This document shows positions 46,588 through 56,212 of a DNA stretch of 64,000 nucleotides, piece by piece; positions within the stretch are counted from its first letter, which is position 1, and every line of letters starts with the position of its first letter. Location of the stretch: the IMG/VR virus record IMGVR_UViG_3300033066_001351, positions 30,568 to 94,567 of that record; one strand, written 5' to 3'. A program made the translations under genes and the position numbers. The DNA is from a virus. Taxonomy: Duplodnaviria; Caudoviricetes. A model generated the notes under the pieces. It ran no database searches and was not told where the DNA came from. It saw nothing but the letters and a program-made list of their open reading frames with translations.

Positions 46588-47057
46588 GTTGTTGACTCCT
46601 TGTTATCTAAAATGAAACAGGCGATGTGCCTGCCGGTTCCTTTGCCAGCACTACCGTCCTCGGTCGCCAACCACTTCACGTCGCCGAGGTTTCGTACTTC
46701 CGCTCCGGCATCCAACAGCATCAGAACCCATTTGTCCACAGGATAAACGAGCACGACACGTTTTCCCTTACGGTGTTCCGCAATCGCCTTTCGCACCCAC
46801 GCCGTCGGGCCTTTCTTCTTGCCCTCGTGCATGATGGAACCGAACGGTGGGTTAACATAGTTTGACTGGCCCCAATCACACGTCAGACCGTCAAAGGTTT
46901 CCGGCTTCGGAAACGGGCATGGATCAAACGTGAATTGAAACTCGGTGTGCAGCGACGCATAGAGACCCGGTGGTGTCAGCCAGTAGTGCTTCCCGTCGCC
47001 GCCGTTGCCTTGATGGAATTTGTTGTCCTCGGGCGGTAGTTGGTTCTGGTGTGTCAT
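46584..47057 (-). CDS. Phage Dam-like N6-adenine DNA methyltransferase
   Basis: WLTPP..Y..L..EF.F.FDPCP, DGL..DW, YVNPPF, WVRKA. Confidence 0.8.
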   Translation of the reverse strand: MTHQNQLPPEDNKFHQGNGGDGKHYWLTPPGLYASLHTEFQFTFDPCPFPKPETFDGLTCDWGQSNYVNPPFGSIMHEGKKKGPTAWVRKAIAEHRKGKRVVLVYPVDKWVLMLLDAGAEVRNLGDVKWLATEDGSAGKGTGRHIACFILDNKESTT

Positions 47058-47224
47058 ACCCACCCATCCATCATCGCCGCTACGACACCGAGACCGGCGT
47101 CGACAATCATGATAAGGCCAAGCGGCACACCATACAGCCCACCCACGACGCCGAATGCGCCCGACAGGATAAGGGCAATCACGATGTTGGGGGTCATTTT
47201 GTTTACTCCTTCTTCCTAGCACCA

Positions 47225-47253
47225 AACCTACCCGGCGCCGCTATCTCTGTCAA
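47225..47253 (-). promoter_or_regulatory. sigma70 promoter
   Basis: TTGACA-N17-TAGGTT, followed by an AAGGAG RBS. Confidence 0.6.
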
Positions 47254-47413
47254 TCTTTATTTACAGATATTTCGTAGCGGACCTTCTTTTTTCCGTCCTG
47301 CCAGCTGCCAAGAACGGCGGCGTGCAAAACAGCGGCGCCGTAGGACGCATAATAGATCGGCGCGACCGTGACATAGCCGACGGCGAGCGCGATCAAGGAT
47401 AGGAGACGGCGGG

Positions 47414-47854
47414 TCACGCTACCTCCCACACGATATCGTGTTCGGTTTCGATGGACTCGTTGCCATCGTATTCCTCAATACGATAGCGCGTGCCTTCTGG
47501 CAGTTCATGGATTACCAGGTGAGCAAAACGCCCGCTGGCTTTTTCACCGAGTTCTTCCACGACCTGCACAAGTGCGGGATCCGTGCGGGGAATATCACGA
47601 TCATTCAGCGTGCTACGTTTCCACGCTTCCCCGTGCTTGACACGGTCTTCCTGTGACATCGTGTAGAAATTACGATCGGCTTCTTGCAGCGCTTCTTGTT
47701 CAGCGGGCGGCACCATCCAATAGGTCTTTATGGCAAGAACCGCGTCACTCTCAGCCGTATAAAGAGTGATACCCTTGATCTCGGCATACCGCATGATGGC
47801 TTCGTGGCTCAGGCTGAAGCCGTCGTAGCGAGGGCTGTAAACGATCTTTGTCAT
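47414..47854 (-). CDS. Conserved phage hypothetical protein
   Basis: GFSLSHEA...RTDPALVQVVEELG...YRIEEYDGNE. Confidence 0.7.
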   Translation of the reverse strand: MTKIVYSPRYDGFSLSHEAIMRYAEIKGITLYTAESDAVLAIKTYWMVPPAEQEALQEADRNFYTMSQEDRVKHGEAWKRSTLNDRDIPRTDPALVQVVEELGEKASGRFAHLVIHELPEGTRYRIEEYDGNESIETEHDIVWEVA

Positions 47855-48111
47855 GCTGCTTTATCCTTCTTTTGTCGTCGGGTCACATTTCGCGGTGTCT
47901 ATAGTCCACAAAAAATAACGCCGCCACCGTAAACACAATAGTGAGAAACCAAGGCTCGTATCGCATGGGCGACACCAACCCGAAAGCCGTTGCCGCCGAA
48001 TGCAGCGCAAAGCCGAAGTATATTAAGGCAGCCACGCAGGAAATAAACTTTCCAGCCGCGCCGGAGATATTTTTCACTGTTCCACTCTCCTTGTCATCTT
48101 CTGTTGACTTT

Positions 48112-48462
48112 CTACCGTCCCCGTCGCCCTCGTGTCAAGCGTTTTATGCCGGCCAAACCAACAAAAACGCCGCCAAGCAATACCATCGTCGCCGGTTCGG
48201 GAATGCTGGCCGGGCCTGGTGCTGGATAGCCCCATGGCGTCACGGGACCCCAAGAGGTATGCGGTGGCAGAGGATAAGGCGTCTCCCACCACACGAGCGG
48301 CGGCAGGGCTGCGAACGGGACGCCGATCGTCACGCACACGATCGTCTTCCAAACCGTCAGGCGTCGGGCGGCGCGGGATACTGTTCGGCGCACGCCAGCT
48401 ACGGCGATAGGCGGCGTCGCCGCCTTCGGCTTGGAGTAGAACGGCCAACAATTCAGGGACAC
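48112..48462 (-). CDS. Small PEP-CTERM sorting-domain protein
   Basis: C-terminal IPEPATMVLLGGVFVGLAGIKRLTRGRRGR is a PEP motif + TM helix + basic tail. Confidence 0.7.
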   Translation of the reverse strand: MSLNCWPFYSKPKAATPPIAVAGVRRTVSRAARRLTVWKTIVCVTIGVPFAALPPLVWWETPYPLPPHTSWGPVTPWGYPAPGPASIPEPATMVLLGGVFVGLAGIKRLTRGRRGR

Positions 48463-48558
48463 AGGTCACTCGCCAAAAAAGTGCCCCGCGCCAGTTCAGG
48501 CAGCGGGGCAATGAGTTTGTCAAGGAGGAGCAACAGATGACCGGAGCCATCGAGAATC

Positions 48559-48587
48559 TGTATAGTGGTTTGTGCGGCGGGTGTCAA
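48559..48587 (-). promoter_or_regulatory. sigma70 promoter
   Basis: TTGACA-N17-TATACA. Confidence 0.65.
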
Positions 48588-49177
48588 GTTGTCTCCAGTG
48601 CCTTCCGAAGTTGTGCAAGCCACGCATTGGATCGTTCCACGTTCTCTCGTTCTTTATCCACCACTCCCGCGTAGTAGTTACGGCTTCGGGTGCGCTCCGC
48701 CAACTGCTGCTGGAACCATTCGTATGTGGTCAGTTTTGCCGGTTCTTCTTGGTACAGTTCACTTATGCTGGGCGACGAAATTTCCAACTGCGTTATCATA
48801 AACTGCTTGAGTTCTTTCAACTCAGGGGGAACCTTCCACTGATCCACCAGTTTTGACATATGTTGATAGTTTTCCGCACGTTCGTGCGCGTTTAATACGG
48901 CTGCTGTGTGTGCCTTTGCTCGATCCTCGTTGTAAGTGTCCGCCGCAGTAGCGCATTCCGTCTCGCTCATCGCGATTAACGCTGCCAAATCCTTCACCGC
49001 GTTTTCCAACCTAAGTTGACTATTACGCGAGGGAACCAGTGTATCGGGAATCGGCGCATCCAGCGGTTCATCCCGCATTTGCATTAGCGGACTGAACGCT
49101 CGGGCACACCGCAGTGCGTAATCCTGTAGCGTGGTAATCGTGCCATCTTCCACGGCGTTAGTATATCCTGTTGGCAT
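48584..49177 (-). CDS. Conserved phage hypothetical protein (MPTGYT family)
   Basis: MPTGYT...YALRCARAF..L..MRDEP; AGGA RBS. Confidence 0.7.
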   Translation of the reverse strand: MPTGYTNAVEDGTITTLQDYALRCARAFSPLMQMRDEPLDAPIPDTLVPSRNSQLRLENAVKDLAALIAMSETECATAADTYNEDRAKAHTAAVLNAHERAENYQHMSKLVDQWKVPPELKELKQFMITQLEISSPSISELYQEEPAKLTTYEWFQQQLAERTRSRNYYAGVVDKERENVERSNAWLAQLRKALETT

Positions 49178-49195
49178 GTCTGTGTTATCCTGTTT

Positions 49196-49441
49196 TCAAG
49201 CGTTGTGGGTTTGTTTGGTCGCCGCGTCTGCCTCGGCCATTTTCGCTTCAATATCATCGACAACCTTGTTCACGAGTTGATTGCGCATGCGCTTCGGCAC
49301 CCGCATCATCGTCTCAACCAGCAGCGCCGTCACGATGTCGATCGCCTGGTGCGGCGGGAACGGATCCAGCAACGGCGTCCAGTGCTGGATGACGTTATCG
49401 GTGGTGTACTGGACCGCGACAAGGGGCTTGAGTTTGCTCAT
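49196..49441 (-). CDS. Hypothetical protein
   Basis: ORF directly downstream of a terminator/promoter element. Confidence 0.5.
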   Translation of the reverse strand: MSKLKPLVAVQYTTDNVIQHWTPLLDPFPPHQAIDIVTALLVETMMRVPKRMRNQLVNKVVDDIEAKMAEADAATKQTHNA

Positions 49442-49474
49442 ACCCGCTACGTATAGATTGATTGACGTTTCGTC

Positions 49475-49506
49475 AACAAAAAACGGAGGCATGATGCCTC
49501 CGTTTT
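49475..49506 (-). terminator. Intrinsic terminator
   Basis: Minus strand reads AAAACGGAGGCAT-C-ATGCCTCCGTTTTTTG. Confidence 0.75.
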
Positions 49507-49596
49507 AAGGGGCCGTGGTGTAAAGTCGTCTGACGTTACACGAATTTTTGTGGTGGCGTCACATGACACTTGCTCCTCGGCTTTTCGTGTGTCGTC

Positions 49597-49625
49597 ACCT
49601 TACGTGGTGTGGCGACGGGTGTCAA
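49597..49625 (-). promoter_or_regulatory. sigma70 promoter
   Basis: TTGACA-N17-TAAGGT, followed by GAGGAG. Confidence 0.6.
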
Positions 49626-50689
49626 CCGGGATTTACCAGAACTTGATTTGATCCCAGAAGGTGATGGTGAACCAGATCGTCGGCGTAGCCACAAGGCCGA
49701 GAGCGGCTATGGTGGAAAATGTGTCAACGCCGGGGCTAGACGCTTTCCTCTGCATGCTCCGATGCACCACGTTGAGCACATGAAGCCATATGATCACTGT
49801 AAACCATTGGATCATTCTGCCTTCTCCCATGGATACCCGACCAGTTCCAGAATCTGTTCGTCGGACAAAACGCCGGTCGCGTGCAACATTGCCGTCAGGT
49901 TGCTGATGCAACTGTTGATATTACGGACGCTGTCTCGAATGGTTTCCAGTTCTCCGTAGCCGTATCCACCGCCTTCAAGACAATAGTCCAACGCCTCGCC
50001 TACGGTTGTGGGCCGTCCTTCCGCGTAGCGTTTCAGCATCATGTCACATTCTCCTTCTGCCGCCCCGCACGCTTCATCGCACGGTACACGACCTTCGCCA
50101 GCATACGCCGTTCGGCGCGATACCGGATCGGACGCACCTTGGTACGCTTGTCCATAAATTCCGAGATTTTCATTGCAGCACCTCCGGCTTGTTGCGGACC
50201 GCGTCAATCACGTCAAAGGAGTCCTTCGCTGAGGACAAAAACGCTTTCTGCATTTCCGCGCGCATCTCCGGCGGCATCTCGGGCATCGTCACCAGAAACG
50301 TCGCCGCGCCCACGACAGCCGCCAGGATTTCGGCAACGGTCGGGTCAAACCTCATCGCGACGCTGACCATCGCTTCCGTCATCTGGACGGCTCGATCACG
50401 GCTTTCTTGGCTTGCGAAGATTGTGTCAGTCATTGAACACACTCCAATCGACCTTCACGAGTTCGCCGATGCATTCTTCGTCGTCCGAGGGATAACGCCG
50501 GACTTCGCCTGATTCAAAGTCAACAAACAGGGTATCGCCCGTCTGCACAGCCGGTGCGAAACGCAAACCCAACTCGTTCATCTGCACGTCGTAATACTGG
50601 ATAGCCGCAAGATGATTCGCATCCCAGCCCCCGATAAGACCGAGATTTTTTCCAAGGAACATGAGGTCTTCGCTACGCTCGCTCATAGA

Positions 50690-50908
50690 TCAAATCCTCC
50701 ATTGATATGTGTGCGGCGTGCCAGGCATACGGTTGCGCGCATTGGCCCATTCCAGAATGTTGTCCCGCATCAACTTGCTGATAGCTGATCGAAGTTGCGG
50801 CGTCTCCATATTCACGCCGCGGGCGATTTCGCCGATGCCGACTGGATTGTTATCCAGACGACTCTGAAACCACAACTTGATATTGGCGGCAATCTCGTCG
50901 GTCGTCAT
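50690..50908 (-). CDS. Small winged-helix protein
   Basis: IGEIARGVNMETPQLRSAISKLMRDNIL; AAGGAG RBS. Confidence 0.55.
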   Translation of the reverse strand: MTTDEIAANIKLWFQSRLDNNPVGIGEIARGVNMETPQLRSAISKLMRDNILEWANARNRMPGTPHTYQWRI

Positions 50909-50968
50909 GTGTTTTGTAACTCCTTCTATTCTTTGACCTAGGCACTCTCTACCCCGGTCGCCGATATG

Positions 50969-51550
50969 TCAATCAGAATCTACCAGGTCTTCAGGCTTTT
51001 TCCCCAGCACCGCCACCTTGATCTCGCCCCGCGCGATACGATCAAAATACGCGTCCTGCCGCTTCTTATGCGTGTTCGGTGCGTCCATCGGATACGAGTT
51101 CGGCAGGTTCCACCGACGGCGGTATTCTTCCGGCGACAGATTATACGTGCGACGAAGATGCCGGAACAAAGACTTGAACTTCTTCCCGTCCTCAAGGCAC
51201 ACGATATAATCCGGGTACACGGACTTTTCCGGGTCAATGAACGGTTCCGGCCTGACGTCGGACCATTCGGCCAACGGTGCCCCGCCAAGGATCATGATGG
51301 ACCGGTGGACGTTCTTGATGATCTCGGGTATGTCGCTGGTGCGGACGTCCTTGTTGTTCGTCAGATGTGCCGCCACGATCTGCGCCGTCAAGGTGAGAAG
51401 GGTTTCCTTCGGCACGCGTTCGGCAACGAACTTCGATTCCGGCTGGGAGAATTTGCCCTCCATATTCGGGATCCGGATCGGTGAATCCGGATCGTCGGCG
51501 TCTACGCGGGGGTATTCCTTCGTCGCGGCGTGGTTGATGGTTTTTGTCAT
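50969..51550 (-). CDS. mucR: Ros/MucR-family transcriptional regulator
   Basis: LTAQIVAAHLTNN...SVYPDYIVCLEDGKKFKSLFRHLRRTYNLSPEEYRRRWNLPNSYPM. Confidence 0.92.
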   Translation of the reverse strand: MTKTINHAATKEYPRVDADDPDSPIRIPNMEGKFSQPESKFVAERVPKETLLTLTAQIVAAHLTNNKDVRTSDIPEIIKNVHRSIMILGGAPLAEWSDVRPEPFIDPEKSVYPDYIVCLEDGKKFKSLFRHLRRTYNLSPEEYRRRWNLPNSYPMDAPNTHKKRQDAYFDRIARGEIKVAVLGKKPEDLVDSD

Positions 51551-54500
51551 TTACCCTTCCTCGTTTTCATCGGCGCCGTGTAGTTGTCCAGCAACCAACG
51601 GATCAGCGAGCCTACTTCTTTAGGCTCCATACGCCATTCTTCTTGCTCGTGATACAGTCTGATATCGGCGTTCATCGCGCCACCTGGCAGCACTGAAAAC
51701 TCAATCATGCCACAGGCGAAGCATATTTTCGGTGTTTTGGTCGTGTCTTTGGGTTCGGTCACTCTTTTATCTCCTCTTGTACCGCGCCGATCATGGCAAG
51801 CCATACCCATGTCGCGCCAACGTCCGGCTCAGTCTGTGTGCCGGTGGCGCAGGCGTATGCAACAGTGCCACTCGCTACCGCCGCGGGGGGCGGTTCTCGC
51901 ATCGCGGCGATCACCGTCGCAGCCACCGTCGTCGCCTTCTGCACGTATTCGTCGCGGTCGAGCTTGGATGCCTCGTCCCACGAATTTCTTTTTCCTTCGG
52001 GGAGTTGGTCGCGTTCATCCTGTTCCCACATGGTCCGTGCGACAGCCTCGATGATCGGGTGCGTCATCCCCTCGCCTCCACAATTTCCACGGATGGCGTC
52101 CAGTCAAACTCATCTGCACCAGTTTCCACATAACAGAAAATCACCAGTCCCCGACGCTCAAGTTTCCGGTAAACACCGATGCCTGGTAGGATTTCCCCCA
52201 GCGAGCCGCGGCATGTCCTCTCGGGTATGTCAGATAGCAATAGTGATTTAGCACTCTGTATCCGAAGGAGTGCTTCACGCTCCGCCTCAGATAGATCGGG
52301 CGCGAGTTTGACTTGTTTGGTCATCCCATCGACTCCAAATCCACCGCACGGATTTCCAACAGCAGCGCGGCTCGGGCTGCGGGTTCCGTGGGGGTTTCAG
52401 TATTGGGTGGATGCCCTGGTATTGGCTGCACGCTATAGGCAGTCGCGCGCCAGTGATCAGGATTTTGTTCAATGGTTATGCGCCACCCTTCCGGCCATTC
52501 TGCCCGCGTGGCGTCTACGCTGGTGAGGTAGATGCGAGGATAGAAGTGTTGCTCTCCTTTGGGTCCGTGCCACAACTCTCCATAGGACCTGTGTGGCTGT
52601 TGCCTCCACCCCAACGCCAACGCGATCTCGCCATTGGTTACGGTCTTGTCGCCAGCCTGGATGCGCGCGGACAGGGCGCGGCAGGCAGTGGGTGTGGTCA
52701 TTCGCCTTCCCCCGTCACGCCGTCGAGGGCGGCTAAACAGCGGCGGGCAAAACGCACGTTGGTTTCTGCCTTCTCAATTGCCCCTTTGGCTCCGTGCTCC
52801 ATTGCGTAGAACGTGAATTGCTCGAACGCTGCCCTGAGCGCCTCCCGCAGCCTTGCGTTCTCTTTCTCCAACCGCGCGCGCTCGGTCGCGTCGTCGGGGC
52901 GGCAGGGATGGGAGTAGGTCCATTGACCGCCATTCGACATTTGCTCGGGTGTCAACCGCCGGTCGGGGTTGGTCCAGTAGCCGTGCATCCACGCGCTGGA
53001 TGGGACCGGAGTATCGCGGTTCAACAGCCAGTGGAACGGTTCGTGGTCAAACTCCGGCGGCGGGCGGCAGGTAGGGGCGTCAGGTGGCGTCGTGGGTGGT
53101 GCATTCCGCCGATTGGTTTCAGCGGCAACTTCGGCAGCGATATCCCGACCGGTGTGCGCGCAGCGGGCATACATGCAGGCAGCGTGACGCGAGCACGATC
53201 CTGTGTTGCTGCATCCAATCGGCCATGTGGGGGCATCAGTCATGGGTGGCGTCCTTCAGCTTCGCGTGGGTGGATAGGGCTGCAGAAAGTGTTTCCCCCG
53301 TAGCGATGTAGCGACTCAAACTTGCATCTGCCCGATGATTTCTCCGCGCATTCCGCTCAAAGTTATGAGGGGCATACCACTCCGTCGCAGCGTCCTTCAC
53401 CTCCTCCGCCGCCTCCACCACCGCCTCCGCAGCCTCCAACCGAGCCAGCAACTCCCGCAGCAGAGTGCGCGGCACAAGCGCATGTTCCGACGTGGTGATC
53501 ACCGTTTCGAGCGCGTCGCGGAGTTGGGTGAGGGCGTCGGTCATGGCTTCACCTGCACGTCAACAACCTCGTAGGCAATTCGTTTCTCCCACCCACAGTG
53601 CGATGTCGCCTCATATGCGTCCGATATTGTGTAGACGCCAGCTTCAGTTTTGTTCGGCGTATACCCAGCCGCGTTCGGGCGCCAATACATCCCCCACTGG
53701 CCGGACCATATGTAGACGTTTGCGCCTTTCAGTTTGGCGAGCGTGCGATCACCGCCCTTACGCTGGATGCTCGTGAGTTTGCGGCGGGTTCCTGGGTTGA
53801 TGGTCATGGCTTCACCTGCGCCGAAAACGGATCGAACCCACTCAGCGTCGATGCTGTGTCACGCTTGTATTCGGGATCGCTGTCCACAGCATCAACATCT
53901 CGTATCAACACATACCTTAGCGGTGGCATAAGGCGCACTTCGACATTGATGTTCGTCCTTGGGGCATGTGCGGTCATGGAGTGCGTTGGGCCATTCGGGC
54001 ACCGCCAGTGAGTGGCGCTAGGCATCAACATGATGCCTCGGCCAAGGGTGCGGTTCCATGACGGGTCATAAAGCGTGCCGCGCGCGCTATCTTCGGTCAT
54101 GCCTTTGCCCCCGCCGCATAAAGCCCTACCATTCCCATGTCTTTCAACTGCTTGGCTGTGAACCAGTCAGTGGCTTTCGGGTCCCCGATGACAACCTTGT
54201 ATGTGTTTCCAGCCTGCAACTCGCGCATCGTTTTCAGCGCGTTACTCTCAGCCTTATTCGTAAGCCATTTCATTTGTTTGCTCCTTGTTCGCGACGGGGG
54301 TTAACCTACCATCAACCCGACCAACACACCAAGCAAAAAGATCGCCGCGGGGTACGCAATTACCAGAACGCGATCGATGGGGTGTATCGTTCGGTCGGTG
54401 AAGAAGGTTGGGCGTTCGTAGGGATGGTTCATGCTGCATCCTCCAAGATCGTGCGGGGCAACGGTTGAACCGGCATCAGTCCCGTGCAATCGAACCGCTT

Positions 54501-56212
54501 CCAGCCACGACGGATGCCGGTGACGATCCGATATAGGCCAAATTTGACGCTCGGATATTCATGGATGTGTTCCCACATCTCGTCGTCCAAACCCGCTGAC
54601 ATCCAACCGCCGCAATTGATGGATAACCACTGCTGGCCGACGCGGCAGTGTTGGCATGTGCGAAATGTCCAGCCTCTGCCTTCATAAACCATGAAGACGT
54701 AGCCGTAGGTTTCGCCAATCTCGATCGCGCGGCTACATTCCTCGCACTTGTGTTGCTTGGCCGCGCGATGCGTGCTGGCGCGGTAGACATCGGGGCGTTC
54801 GCCGTCGTCAATCGAGCACATTATACCCCACCCTCCAAAGCATCCTCCGCAGCACCCACCAAGAAAATCTGCAACCCTCGCAACTGCAACCGCGTGTCCA
54901 CATCCAGCGCGTTCAGTTCCCCGGCGGCGAACATGGCGCCCAACTGCTGCGAGGCGGTTTGCAGCCGGGTGGCGAGCGTGCCTTCGTTAGTCAGGATGAA
55001 GTGCAGGAGTGGGTTGGTGATGGGGGTCATCACTGAATCTTTCCATTCGGCCACTCGACGGTGGCGCCCATATGGCGAAGATATTTCGCGTGAAAGTCTC
55101 CGTTCATCTGTGCCATTTCATAGATGTCGTGGCATGTGAAATGCATCGGCTTCTGCGTTTGGTTCGCGGTGATGGCGATGCGCAGGGCGGCTCGGAAGTT
55201 CGTTCTGTTGGACTCTGATTGCAGTGTCCAAACAACTACTCCGTATCCATTACTCCACGCTGCCCAAGCCTCATCCTCTCCCTTGACCGCGTCATCGTCC
55301 TGCGTCGGACGTCCCCCTCCCACATACGGCGACAGTTGACGGATCGCTTCTGTCACCCCGTCAGCGTTCGTCGCGACATGTTCCACGCCGTTGTGCTCGA
55401 TTATCCAGCCGCCGTTGACAGGGCGGATTGTGATGGGGGTCACGGGGTGTTTTCCTTCGGAACGATCTCGCACTGCCGGATGAAACGAGCGGCCCCACGC
55501 AATCCAATCTCACGCTGAAGGTATCGGGCGCGAACATGCGCATCAACGTAGTCCGCACTCTCGATAAACGCAGCCCAGTTATCCGCCAGCAGGTCGATCG
55601 CGTCTGCGATCTCGTCCAGGCTGGCGTATTTCAGTTTATGGTCGGTCATGGGCTGCCTTATCATCCGCGCCTTTAGCTGTGTGCAGATCAGCATATATCT
55701 GGAATTGATCCGCAGCCTCCTTCAACGCCGCCAACAACTCCGGCGCCGCATCCCGCACCGGGTCGCTGGGAAGGGCGGCGAGGTAGGCTCGGATGGCTGT
55801 TGTAATTCTGGCTGTGGCACTCGCCTGCGCAAATCTACCCATGGATCTCCATCGGTATCCCGCATATTCTCGAACCGCCGCATCCAAAGCCTTCTGGTCC
55901 AACTCCATCAAACCACACTCCCCAGCACATCTTCACACGCTTGCATTTGTTTGCTCCTGTTCAACGCGGTCAACATACGATGGCGGAAAGCTGACTGTCA
56001 ACGATTATTTACGCTTCGGTATCCACAGAGCGCCCTTCAAGAAGTGCGACAACAGTTTCAAGTGACTCTTTCACATGGACATAGTTCTCGTCCCCGCTTG
56101 ATAGCGTAATTACGGTTGCCTTCGTACCGACGCTGACAAGCATCACATGTGACGCTTCTACCCACACTGATGTTCCATCGTATATACTCGTAAACTTCAC
56201 AAAACGTGTCAT
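51547..56212 (-). other. Cluster of ~15 small, translationally coupled hypothetical early genes
   Basis: Chain of ATGA-overlapping ORFs, e.g. 51759-52067, 52064-52324, 52321-52701, 52698-53243, 53236-53544, 53541-53807, 53804-54100, 54429-54821 (Zn-finger), 55030-55443, 55636-55911, 56009-56212. Confidence 0.65.
55972..56001 (-). promoter_or_regulatory. sigma70 promoter
   Basis: TTGACA-N18-TATGTT, followed by AGGAG. Confidence 0.55.
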
